A program made the translations under genes and the position numbers. 64,000 nucleotides of DNA from Halodesulfurarchaeum sp. Its GTDB lineage: Archaea > Halobacteriota > Halobacteria > Halobacteriales > Halobacteriaceae. The notes below the pieces were generated by a model that saw only the letters and a list, made by a program, of their open reading frames with translations, was not told the DNA's origin and ran no database searches. The stretch covers positions 896,001 through 960,000 of the forward strand of contig JAXHNL010000002.1 of the NCBI GenBank assembly GCA_034520565.1, in the 5' to 3' direction. Below, one piece after another: positions 20,166-30,173 of this stretch (position 1 is the stretch's first letter; every line of letters begins with the position of its first letter).

Positions 20166-20806
20166 ATGAGCAACGACGGCTGGGAACCGCACGACCCGGC
20201 TCGGCCAGCAGGTACCGAGGACGGCGAGATCGAGGACGATGGCGGCCGCCCTCAACTCCGGGCTTCCCCTGAAGGAACCGGAGATCGTCGACACGCTCCT
20301 GCCGGGGCTCGACGACGAGGTACTGGACATCAACATGGTCCAGCGGATGACCGACTCCGGCCGCCGCGTGAAGTTTCGCGTGGCCGTCGTCGTCGGGAAC
20401 CGCGACGGCTTCGTCGGCTACGCCGAAGGTCGCGACGATCAGGTCGGCGGGGCGATCCAGAAAGCCATCGACATCGCGAAACTGAACATCATCGACGTCT
20501 CCCGGGGCTGTGGGTCCTGGGAGTGTGGCTGTGGGCTTCCCCACACTGTCGCGCTCCGAACGACCGGCAAGGCCGGGAGCGTCGAAGTCGAACTGATTCC
20601 CGCGCCGCGCGGCCTCGGGCTCGCGGCCGGCGAGACCGTCCGGCACGGTCCTCGAACTCGCCGGGATCGAGGACATCTGGACCCGCTCCTCCGGGAAGAC
20701 CCGGAGTACGGTCAACTTCGGGAAGGCGACGTTCAACGCCCTCAAGCGGACGACCGAGGCCCGGGTCCCCGACCGCACCCTCGAGGTGCGCGAGGTGATC
20801 GAGTGA
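20166..20806 (+). CDS. rps5: 30S ribosomal protein S5 (frameshifted)
   Basis: [24 protein letters not shown] and [10 protein letters not shown] motifs. Confidence 0.92.
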
Positions 20807-21273
20807 TGCAGGCAGTCGTGCAGATCCGCGGCGATGTCACCATGACCGGAGCCGTCGAGGACACCCTCGACATGCTCAACCTTCACGGGGTCAACCAGTG
20901 TACGCTGATTCCGGAAACTGACACCTACCGTGGCATGCTCACGAAAGTCAACGACTACGTTGCCTTCGGCGAGCCAAGCCAGGCGGTCCTGGAGACGGTG
21001 CTGTCGAAACGGGCCGAACCCCTCGAGGGTGACGCCGACGTCGACGACGACTGGCTCGCCGAGTACACCGAGTACGACGACGTTCGAGCGCTGGCCGAGG
21101 CGCTGCTCGCGGAGGAGACGACGCTGCGCGAGCAGGGGCTCTCGCCGACGTCCTGCGCCTGCACCCGCCCCGCGGCGGCCACGACGGCATCAAGCACCCG
21201 ACCAAGGAGGGCGGCCAACTCGGCACCCACAGTACCGAGGACGATCGACGAACTCCTCGAGGCGATGCGATAA
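20806..21273 (+). CDS. rpl30: 50S ribosomal protein L30 (short frameshifted segment)
   Basis: [17 protein letters not shown] and [17 protein letters not shown] motifs. Confidence 0.92.
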   Translation: MQAVVQIRGDVTMTGAVEDTLDMLNLHGVNQCTLIPETDTYRGMLTKVNDYVAFGEPSQAVLETVLSKRAEPLEGDADVDDDWLAEYTEYDDVRALAEALLAEETTLREQGLSPTSCACTRPAAATTASSTRPRRAANSAPTVPRTIDELLEAMR

Positions 21274-21275
21274 CC

Positions 21276-21791
21276 ATGACGAGCAAGAAACGACGCCAGC
21301 GCGGCAGCCGAACGCACGGCGGCGGCACCCACAAGAACCGGCGTGGGGCCGGTCATCGCGGGGGCCGCGGCCGCGCCGGCCGTGACAAACACGAGTATCA
21401 CCACTACGAGCCGCTCGGCAAGAGCGGCTTCAAGCGCCGCAGGAGCACCGGACGACGAGCGTCGAGAGGTCACAGCTCCGCGAGACTCGACGAGGACGCC
21501 GCTCCTCGTCGAGCCGGCGACGGTGGCCGAGGAGGACCGACGACGGCTACCGGATCGACGCGCGCGACGTCGTCGAGGACGAGCCACGGACGCCGACGTC
21601 GGTGAAGGTCCTCGGCGCGCGGGCAGGTCCGCCGACGCAGCTCGAGGTCGCCGCGGACGCGTTCTCGGACGGCGCCGCGCCGAGGCGATCGAGGCCGCCG
21701 GCGGTCGAGCGTGCTCTCGACGCGCTGGTCGAAGCGGCGCCGCCGAAGCGACCGAAGAGCACGACGGTACCGGACGACGATCGAGGACTGA
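21276..21791 (+). CDS. rpl15: 50S ribosomal protein L15 (frameshifted)
   Basis: [24 protein letters not shown] and LGKSGFKR motifs. Confidence 0.9.
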
Positions 21792-21794
21792 CCC

Positions 21795-23291
21795 ATGGGC
21801 TGGAAGGAGGCCGCCGAACCGGTATCTCACCCGGATGCCCTCGGTCCAGCGACCAACGGGCCACGTCCCGTTCAAGCGCAAGCTCGCCTGGACGGCCGGC
21901 GTCCTGGTGCTGTACTTCTTCCTGACGAACGTCTTCCTCTACGGGCTGCGCAGGCGGGCCAGGTAGCGACGCGTTCGGGCAGTTCCGCAGCCGATCCTCG
22001 CGGGCGGCCAGGGAACGATCCTGCAGCTCGGGATCGGGCCGATCGTCACCGGCGTCGCATCGTCCTGCAGCTGCTCGGCGGGGCCGAACCTCCTCGGCCT
22101 CGACACGCAACAACCCGCGCGACCAGGCGCTCTACCAGGGCCTCCAGAAAGTCCTCGTCATCGTGATGACCGCGCTGACGGCGCTTCCGATGGTGTTCAC
22201 CGGCAACTTCCTGCCGGCGAGCGCCGGCGACTCGCCCGGCGGCTGCGGCATCGGAACCTTCGGGGTCCAGACCCTGATCTTCGCCCAGATCTTCGTGGGC
22301 GGGCTCCTCATCCTGTACATGGACGAGGTCATCTCGAAGTGGGGTGTCGGATCCGGGATCGGCCTGTTCATCGTCGCCGGCGTCTCCCAGAGTCTCGTCG
22401 GCGGGCTGTTCTTCTGGGAGGGGGCGGTCGGCAACGAGGGCGTGATCCCGACGTGGATCGACATCGCCCTCGGCAACGCCGGCCAGATGCCGTCGATCGC
22501 TCACCTCGAGTGGACTCCACGATCCTCCTCGATCGAGCGGTCAGATCCTCGCGATCATCACGACCATCGTGATCTTCTCGATCGTCGTGTACGCCGAATC
22601 CGTCCGCGTCGAGATCCCGCTCAGTCACGCTCGCGTGAAGGGCGCCCGGGGCCGCTTCCCGGTGAAGCTCATCTACGCCAGCGTGCTGCCGATGATCCTC
22701 GTCCGGGCGCTGCAGGCGAACGTACAGTTCCTCGGGCGACTGCTCTACAGCCAGCTCGGGGAGGGGTTGCCGACCTGGGTCGGGGTCTACACCGAAGCCC
22801 AGGGGCAAGTCTATCCGGTCGACGGGTTGTTCTACTATCTGGCGCCGATCTACCAGCGATCCGACTGGATGTGGTGGCTCGGCGGGACGGCCCAGGACCC
22901 GGCCCAGATCCTGTTACGGGTCTCGGTGGACCTCTTCATCATGATCGTCGGCGGGGCCATCTTCGCCATCTTCTGGGTGGAGACCGCCGACATGGGCCCG
23001 AAGGCGACGGCCCAGCAGATCCAGAACTCGGGGATGCAGATCCCCGGCTTCCGGCAGAACGTCGGGGTCATCGAGAAGGTCATGGAGCGCTACATCCCGC
23101 AGGTGACGATCATGGGCGGCGCCCTCGTGGGGCTGCTCGCCGTCATGGCCAACATGCTCGGCACCATCGGGCAGGTCTCCGGAACGGGGCTGCTGCTGAC
23201 GATCTCCATCATCTACAAGCTCTACGAGGAGATCGCCGAAGAGCAGATGATGGAGATGCACCCGATGATGCGCCAGATGTTCCAGGAGTAG
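21795..23291 (+). CDS. secY: Preprotein translocase subunit SecY (5' half frameshifted)
   Basis: [62 protein letters not shown] and [10 protein letters not shown] motifs. Confidence 0.94.
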
Positions 23292-23306
23292 CGACTGGAA
23301 CTGGCG

Positions 23307-23346
23307 TTTTTTCAGGTTGTATAGTCTAAGGAGGAGTTTTTTTTTT
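23307..23346 (+). terminator. Probable oligo-T terminator region of the r-protein/secY operon
   Basis: T6 at 23307-23312 and T10 at 23337-23346, just after the secY stop. Confidence 0.5.
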
Positions 23347-23539
23347 AAATATCCCGACCCGATGTAGAACCAGTCTCGCGGCTCAATCACTACGTCTGTT
23401 ATTTGACTAGTCCATGCTGATGAACCTAGACATGCGATTCGGTACGTCGTTCGAGAATTATCACCAGGAGTCTATGTCCGCTCGGAGTCGAAACGGCTCG
23501 AACGCTTTTCCATATACGTCGGTATAGCAAACGTATACC

Positions 23540-23702
23540 ATGTCACGTGCGGAAATGACGTTAAATAACGAGGAGCCGGAGATGACCCCGGTCAATCTCC
23601 GGGCAAGCGAGGCCTTCCTCGAAGACATCGATACCATGTGGAAAGAAGCAGGACCCAATTCCCGCAGTGAATTCCTGCGGTACGCCATCAGTGATGCGGT
23701 TA
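23540..23702 (+). pseudogene. Truncated CopG/ribbon-helix-helix protein (antitoxin-like) remnant
   Basis: VNLRASEAFLEDIDTMWKEAGPNSRSEFLRYAISDAV is RHH-like; after it the frame runs into AT-rich, non-halophilic sequence up to 23869. Confidence 0.55.
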
Positions 23703-23917
23703 CCATCGTGTCCCTCGGTGTCCACATCGTGACGGGAACTTTCTTGGCGTCCACCGGCAGCTATTATATCATATTACTAACAGTGTTATTATATTTCCGG
23801 CATTCTCAAAAACGTCGCTGCTTTCCCGTGTTTTTTCTTCATTTTCACAGTCCTAATTATCACAATTGAAAAATACATCCCAACTTTTTAAAAATGGAGG
23901 TTAGCACTGCACAATGT

Positions 23918-24838
23918 ATGTCGAGTGAAACTGACCAATCGGTCGCCGACGTCGAGACAGATATCGACAAGGAAGCTGGCTATGACGACGAGGCTGCAAG
24001 CGAAGTTCAAACGGCTATCGCAGAATTGCAGGCCGCCGCAGACGAAATAGCCGAACGCTCGAGTTCGGTCATCGAATTGGCCCAGGAACAGCGAACGGGG
24101 ATGGGTGAGGTTGCAGACGAGATTTCGGACCTCAGCGCGTCAGTTGAGGAAATCGCCTCATCGGCCGAGGAAGTCGCAAGCGAAAGTGAAGAGGTCAATC
24201 AGCGAGCAACTGAGTCTCAGGAGTCCGCTCAATCCGCGAAATCGGCGATGAAAGAAATCGACGACGCGGCCGAGGACCTCACGCAGAAATTCGAATCGAT
24301 CGAAGCGCGGGTGAGCCAAATCGACGATATCGTCGAAGTGATAGACGAAATTGCCGATCAAACGAACCTCCTGGCGTTGAATGCGAGTATCGAAGCGGCC
24401 CGGGCCGGGGAGGCCGGACAAGGGTTCTCGGTCGTTGCAGCGGAGATCAAGGAACTTGCCGAACAGTCGATGAACCAGGCCGAGGAAATCGAAGCAATGG
24501 TCGATACCATCCACGAAAGTATCGACGAGGCGTGGGGCAGCCTCCAAACGAGTAACGAGCGGGTCGAAAAGGGCGTGGGAGAGGTGAACGAGACCATCGA
24601 CAATATGGAAGACATCACGTCCTCGATTCAGGAAGTCTCAGCAGCTGTCGAGCAAATGGCGAGTGCCACCGACCAGCAGGCGGCTTCCAGCGAGGAAGTA
24701 GCGGGCATGGTCGAACAAACACGAACCAACGCGAACGAGATTGCAGACGAAATCGACGAGGTCGGATCGGCAATCGAAGAACAGACCTCGATGATCCGAA
24801 ACGTCAATCAGGCCGTGGATCAGCTCGTCGAGGAATAG
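23918..24838 (+). CDS. Soluble methyl-accepting chemotaxis transducer (Htr family)
   Basis: [38 protein letters not shown] signalling hairpin; no transmembrane segments. Confidence 0.93.
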   Translation: MSSETDQSVADVETDIDKEAGYDDEAASEVQTAIAELQAAADEIAERSSSVIELAQEQRTGMGEVADEISDLSASVEEIASSAEEVASESEEVNQRATESQESAQSAKSAMKEIDDAAEDLTQKFESIEARVSQIDDIVEVIDEIADQTNLLALNASIEAARAGEAGQGFSVVAAEIKELAEQSMNQAEEIEAMVDTIHESIDEAWGSLQTSNERVEKGVGEVNETIDNMEDITSSIQEVSAAVEQMASATDQQAASSEEVAGMVEQTRTNANEIADEIDEVGSAIEEQTSMIRNVNQAVDQLVEE

Positions 24839-24847
24839 GTGGGACAG

Positions 24848-25261
24848 ATGGCTGCAGTTACTGACGACGAACATCAGGTCCTGGAATTCGAACTGGGCGA
24901 GAAAGATTTTTGCGTCGGCCTCGACGCCGTCGACGAAATCGTCAACAAGGACGACGATATCACCGGCATTCCGAACTCGGATCGAAAAGTGTCTGGCGTG
25001 ATGGACCTTCGCGGGCGGACGACGACGATAATCGACCCGGGAGTCGCCCTCGACGTTCAGGTCGAGACGGGTCCGAAATACGTGATCGTCTTCGAGTCCG
25101 AGGACAGGCCATTTGGATGGCTTATCGATGACGTCTCCCGTGTTTCCTCCCTTTCCGAGGAACACCTGGATGATTCGGTTGCGAACGGAACGATCGAAGG
25201 GGTGTTCAAACAGGACGGCGATTTCATCGTCTGGGTCGACCCGGACACCATCAATATGTGA
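24848..25261 (+). CDS. cheW: Chemotaxis protein CheW
   Basis: QVLEFELG, IPNS...VSGVMDLRGRTTTIIDP and GWLIDDV motifs. Confidence 0.92.
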   Translation: MAAVTDDEHQVLEFELGEKDFCVGLDAVDEIVNKDDDITGIPNSDRKVSGVMDLRGRTTTIIDPGVALDVQVETGPKYVIVFESEDRPFGWLIDDVSRVSSLSEEHLDDSVANGTIEGVFKQDGDFIVWVDPDTINM

Positions 25262-25435
25262 TGCAAGACGGTTGGAAACGAAGCCCTCCGCGAACATCGT
25301 ATCGGCGCTCGTAGATCCGGTTGTCATCTGGGATCCAGTAGACGGCTCGATAACCGACGGCAACCGGGCCGCCGCCGAGCGGTTCGGGAGTCCAACAAAT
25401 CCAATATTTGCGGACCGGTATCAACCGGAACGACC

Positions 25436-25562
25436 GTGCCAACCACGGACGGCGCCGGGGGACGACCGTGTCCGATCTGTGCGGAGCCGCTGTACCGTCG
25501 GCATTGCAAGTACGTGTGTCAGAATCACGGTGTCGAGTACGATTGCGCGTCCGTTCTGGTAG
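25436..25562 (+). CDS. Small CPxC-type zinc-finger microprotein (HVO_2523-like), apparently frameshifted near its 3' end
   Basis: GTG start; GGRPCPICAEPLYRRHCKYVCQNHGVEYDC. A PFW-stop ending lies in another frame at 25551-25562. Confidence 0.6.
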
Positions 25563-25704
25563 CATCGGTCGAGAACAGGCCGGTCGAGTTGCTGTATCAC
25601 GGATTTCCTTCTCTCGGACGTAGCCAACACCGGAGCGTGGGTATTGTTTTCATATATCGAGAAAGGGAGGTACAGCAATGGAGGCGGCGTGTCAATTTCG
25701 AGGC

Positions 25705-27459
25705 ATGAACAGCCCCATTTTTACGCATTCGAGACGAAATCGGAAGGGAAGACGTTCCGAGAACGGCCGGGCTGCTGTCGAAAACCACGGGCCTCCGCCG
25801 GAGCCGAACTCGCAGAAAACGGATGAGCCGTCACCGCAAGCCGCTACTCAGCATTCGGACGGAACGGCACGCCAGAATTCTTCGCTCACGAGACGACGGG
25901 TGCTCGAAATCGGATTCGCGAGCGCAGTGGCGGCGAGCGGCCTTTCACTGACCGCAGACCCGGTTCGGAGCCAGGACGTGGCCACGGCCGCAAAAGATGT
26001 CCTCGGCACCTGGCAAACCGCGTTCAACGACGGCGACATAGAGACGCTTCGCTCGCTCTATGGGCCGGAACCGCGAAATTCGCTCGTCCCGGTGGGCGAC
26101 ACCCCGCGGGGAACCGACCTCGTCCTCGCTTTCGACCGGGTGGCACACGCCATGGGCACCAGCGTGGAGATCTCCCTCGACCAACTGACGCTGGGCAGTT
26201 CGGACCCTATCCAACTCCAGGGACCGGCGACCCTCGAGACGATGCCGATGGGTTCCCTGTCCGGCGAAGCGTCGGTGACGATGCAGGAAACAGATGGCAC
26301 GCTCCGTGTCACTGACCTCGTCGTTTCCATCCCGATGGAGGTCCTCCTCGACAGTTGGGGCGATCCCGGCGAACTCCCGGCGGATGCGAAACCCCTGACC
26401 GATATGGAGCCCGGAGAGACGTTTCAGGGGGAACCGGGCGGACTCTATGGTGACTATCAAAACGTCCCGCCACTCGAGCAGCAGGAGGCAGCCGTCGACG
26501 CGTTGCACAACATTCAACCTCGTGACGGGGCCGGGAATCCCGCCGAGGACGGTACGGTCGGGTTCGTCATGCTGGGACCGTCCAACACGGGACGCTACTC
26601 GGGTGCGTTCATCGAACTGGTTCGAGAGGACCCGGACGTTCCCGAGTATCTATGGACACTCAACGGCTGTGAGGGGGCGTTTTCGAGCGACGCGCGTGCC
26701 TGGACGCTCGGTGACTACCCGGCCTTGTTGCTCGATCACCGGCTGGCTGAACTGGATTACGAACTCGAACAGCCGGGCCTTGCCCCCGAACAGGTCCAAG
26801 TGGGCTGGTATACGCCACACTACTACCACGACATGAGTGAACAGATCGACGCGGTGGGCTATGCCGAGGAGATCCACGAGTACGTCCGCGAAATGCTCCC
26901 GAAACTCAAGGACAACTTTCCGAACCTGGAGATCCTCTACCTTTCGGGGTTCCCGTACCTGGGCTATGCGAAAACGGGGTTCGGCGAGCCGATGGCCTAC
27001 GCGATGAATCTCGCCGCGAGATCGCTCATCCGAGCCCAGATCGAGGGCGATCCGAAGTTGAACCACGACCCCGAGGCGGGCGAGGTGAACGCCCCGCTGA
27101 TGCTGTGGGGGCCGTACTTGTGGGCCAACGGGGAGACCCCACGGAGCGACGGCCTCACGTGGTCGCCCGAGGATTATCAGGAGGTCGATGGCGCTCATCC
27201 CAGTCCACAGGGGGCGACGAAGGTCGCCGAACTCCTGTTGAAGTTCCTGCAGCAGAACACGTTCGCCCGGTCGTGGTTTCTGGACGTCGAACCGCCGGCC
27301 GTCGAGGATCTCGAAGCACCGACCCCGGTTGCCACGCCGACAGTGCAAACGACCGAGGGGGAAGCTCCCGGGTTCGGGCTCATGGGAGCAGTGGGCGGGA
27401 TCGGGGCCGCAATCGGGTATCATCTCCCTCGGGATCCTCATTTTGAATCGGAGGAGTAA
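25705..27459 (+). CDS. Tat-exported, PGF-CTERM-anchored surface protein with NTF2-like and SGNH-like domains
   Basis: LTRRRVL plus h-region; G-P-S-N and DGAHPS motifs; Thr/Pro linker, then APGFG and a hydrophobic stretch. The start is uncertain (25678 or 25705). Confidence 0.75.
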   Translation: MNSPIFTHSRRNRKGRRSENGRAAVENHGPPPEPNSQKTDEPSPQAATQHSDGTARQNSSLTRRRVLEIGFASAVAASGLSLTADPVRSQDVATAAKDVLGTWQTAFNDGDIETLRSLYGPEPRNSLVPVGDTPRGTDLVLAFDRVAHAMGTSVEISLDQLTLGSSDPIQLQGPATLETMPMGSLSGEASVTMQETDGTLRVTDLVVSIPMEVLLDSWGDPGELPADAKPLTDMEPGETFQGEPGGLYGDYQNVPPLEQQEAAVDALHNIQPRDGAGNPAEDGTVGFVMLGPSNTGRYSGAFIELVREDPDVPEYLWTLNGCEGAFSSDARAWTLGDYPALLLDHRLAELDYELEQPGLAPEQVQVGWYTPHYYHDMSEQIDAVGYAEEIHEYVREMLPKLKDNFPNLEILYLSGFPYLGYAKTGFGEPMAYAMNLAARSLIRAQIEGDPKLNHDPEAGEVNAPLMLWGPYLWANGETPRSDGLTWSPEDYQEVDGAHPSPQGATKVAELLLKFLQQNTFARSWFLDVEPPAVEDLEAPTPVATPTVQTTEGEAPGFGLMGAVGGIGAAIGYHLPRDPHFESEE

Positions 27460-27568
27460 CCGTCACGATCCGAACTCCCGGTCACGAGGCTGCACACGTT
27501 CATCGCTCCGGTGTGGCGGATACGGGATCGTTTCATCGACCACTTCGCTGGAGTGGCCGGCAGCAACG

Positions 27569-30103
27569 TCAGGACTCCAGTGGCAACTCGACGACGAACA
27601 CCGACCCCTTCGGCTCGTTGTCTTCGATTCGTAGACTCCCGCCGTATCGGTCCACGAGCGTGTTGACGAGGTAGAGGCCAAGCCCCGTCCCGTCGCTATC
27701 GAGGCCCTGTTCGCCCTTCTCGAAGATCGTCTCCTTCCTGTCCTCGGGAATGCCCGGGCCGTTGTCCACAAAGCGGACGGTGATCCACTGCTCGCCCGCC
27801 GTCGCCGAGACCGTGACAGTGGGTTCGTCCTCGTCGTTGTGGACGATCGCGTTCTGCAACAGGTTCCTGAACACCGACTCGAGCATGCCGTCCGCGAGGA
27901 TCGTGGCGTCGGGGATCGAGCCGTCTGTCTCGATCGCTGCCTGCTCGAAATTCGAGCCGACGGTCTCGATTTCGGCTTCGAGGACCGTCCGGACCGATCT
28001 CGGCTCCAGCTCGGTCTCCGAACTGAGTACGACGTCGGCCACGTCCCTGGCGGTCTGGGTGATCTCGATGGCGTTTCGGGCCGCCTCCAGGACGGTTTTG
28101 GCCCACTCGCGCCCCTCCTCGTCGACGTGGTCTTCGATCAGTTCCGTGTAGGAGACCACGAGCTGGAGGTCGTTTCTGATGTCGTGGCGGACGATCTGGT
28201 TGAGGATCTCGAGGGTGTCCCGCTGGACTTCGATCTGTTCCTCGTACTCTTTCCGCTCCGTCATGTTTCGGGCGTAGCCCAACACCCCTTCCGCGTCCGA
28301 CCCGACCGGTTCGTAGGGAATCAGGACGGTCTGGAACGTGAGCACGTTTCCCTCGGGCGTCCTGGCCTGGCGCTCGGGAATCACCAGTGACTCTCCCGAG
28401 TCGATGACCCCGAGGTCCTCCTCCCGGTACCGCCGGAAGGTTGCACTCCCCATCCCGAGCTCTCGCTCGGTTTTCCCGATCATGTCGGCGGGTTTCCGAC
28501 CGAACAGCGCCGCCACTGCCTCGTTTGCCAGGAGGTACTCCCCGTCACGATTCTTGACGAAAATCGGGTCCGGGACGAGGTCGATGATCTGGCGGAGCCG
28601 TTTTCGGGACTCTTTTCGCTCCTGTTCGGCTCGCTTCTGTTCGTCGACGTCCTGGTGGATGCCCACCGACCGGACGGGATTCCCGTCCTCGTCTCGCTCC
28701 ATCACCTTGCCGATGTTTCGGATCCACTTCCACTCGCCCTCTGCGGTTTTGAGTCGGTAATCGACGGTGTAGAGGTCCTTCTCCCCCTCGATATGTCCCT
28801 CGAGTGCTCGATCGTGGGGCTCCCGGTCGTCCGGGTGGAGGAGCCTCTCCCACCCGCCGATCTCGTTCGCTATCTCCTCGGGTTCGTACCCCAGCATCGC
28901 CCCCCACTGCCCGTTCCGGGTCACCGTGTCCGACTGCATGTCCCAGTCCCAGATGCCCAGGTCTGCCCCCTCGACCGCCAGGTCGAGTCGCTCGGACTTT
29001 TCCTCGAGTTCCCGCTCGCGCTCCTTCCGCTTCGTAACGTCCCGCATCGCGGTGACGTCGCCGACGACGGTCCCATCCTCGTCCCGGAGTGGGTAGAACC
29101 TGATGTCGAGGGCCCGCACTTCGCCCGCCGCGTTCTGTCTGGTCGTCTCGAAGGAGACCCGTTCTCCCTCGTAAACCTGCTCGAGGGAGGACTCGATCTC
29201 CTCGAAGTTTCCCCCGCCGATGACTGACTGATTGCGCACGCCCGAGAGGTCCGTCTCGGGGGGAATGTCGTAGAACTCCCGGTAGCGCTCGTTGGCAAAG
29301 AGGTACTCGTGATCCCGGTTCGAGGCCGCGAGCATGTCCGAGGAACTCTCGACGGCCTGTCGGTACCGCTCCAGTTTCGCCTCCTGGGCCTTACGCTCGG
29401 TGATCTTCCGGTCGATCGCGAAGAAGCCGATGACGGTTCCCGACTCGTCATAGCGCGGGATCTTGTTCACCGAGTACCAGTGCTCGGTCCCATCGGCGTG
29501 GGTCAATTTGCGTTCCCGGTCGAGGACTGTCTCTCCCTCCAGGACCCGCCGCTCGCGTGCCAGCACATCCTCGGCGAGGGCCGGTAACCAGAGTTCGTCG
29601 GTGCGCTTGCCGATCAATTCGGTCGGTTCGGCGTCGAGAACCTCGGCAAAGGACCGCCCGCAGTGCACGAGCCGGTGGTCGGTGTCTTTGAAGTACAAAA
29701 GGTTCGCAGAGGCCTCGGTGAGCAGTTCGAAAAGGTCGCGGTCTTTGGCCCGATCCCGCGTCGTGAGCAGGTGGTCGTCGAACTCGGTGGTCGCCCGATT
29801 CCGGCCGATCGTTTCGACCCACTGCCATTGCTCGTCGGCGGATTCGATTCGGTGGCTGATCGGATTCTCCGAGTTCCGTTCCCCCGCCACCAGGTCGGCA
29901 AACCGCGAGGCGACACGGTCGCGGTCCTCGGGATGGACGAGCGAGAGAACCGACTCGCCCTGAAGGGCCGACCGGTCGTGCCCGGTTACGGACTCGACGG
30001 CCGGGCTGACGTACGAAATTGCCCCCTCGTCGTCCACCAGGGTGATGACGTCTTGGACCGCCCCCAGCAGATCGTCGAGGAACGATTCGTGATCGCCTCC
30101 CAT
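27569..30103 (-). CDS. Multi-PAS sensor histidine kinase
   Basis: About five PAS/PAC domains; H-box VRHDIRNDL; NLLQNAIVH; DNGPGIP; GTGLGLYLV. Confidence 0.92.
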   Translation of the reverse strand: MGGDHESFLDDLLGAVQDVITLVDDEGAISYVSPAVESVTGHDRSALQGESVLSLVHPEDRDRVASRFADLVAGERNSENPISHRIESADEQWQWVETIGRNRATTEFDDHLLTTRDRAKDRDLFELLTEASANLLYFKDTDHRLVHCGRSFAEVLDAEPTELIGKRTDELWLPALAEDVLARERRVLEGETVLDRERKLTHADGTEHWYSVNKIPRYDESGTVIGFFAIDRKITERKAQEAKLERYRQAVESSSDMLAASNRDHEYLFANERYREFYDIPPETDLSGVRNQSVIGGGNFEEIESSLEQVYEGERVSFETTRQNAAGEVRALDIRFYPLRDEDGTVVGDVTAMRDVTKRKERERELEEKSERLDLAVEGADLGIWDWDMQSDTVTRNGQWGAMLGYEPEEIANEIGGWERLLHPDDREPHDRALEGHIEGEKDLYTVDYRLKTAEGEWKWIRNIGKVMERDEDGNPVRSVGIHQDVDEQKRAEQERKESRKRLRQIIDLVPDPIFVKNRDGEYLLANEAVAALFGRKPADMIGKTERELGMGSATFRRYREEDLGVIDSGESLVIPERQARTPEGNVLTFQTVLIPYEPVGSDAEGVLGYARNMTERKEYEEQIEVQRDTLEILNQIVRHDIRNDLQLVVSYTELIEDHVDEEGREWAKTVLEAARNAIEITQTARDVADVVLSSETELEPRSVRTVLEAEIETVGSNFEQAAIETDGSIPDATILADGMLESVFRNLLQNAIVHNDEDEPTVTVSATAGEQWITVRFVDNGPGIPEDRKETIFEKGEQGLDSDGTGLGLYLVNTLVDRYGGSLRIEDNEPKGSVFVVELPLES

Positions 30104-30173
30104 GTCATGCGTTCTCTCGGAGGCGCGGGATATACTGATTGTGGTCCCCACCTCGAATATTCGATCGGATATC

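Noticed and set aside
15830-22560. Programmed frameshifting or mass pseudogenisation of ribosomal genes
   Set aside because: The indels are numerous, irregular and in essential genes, so assembly error is far more likely.
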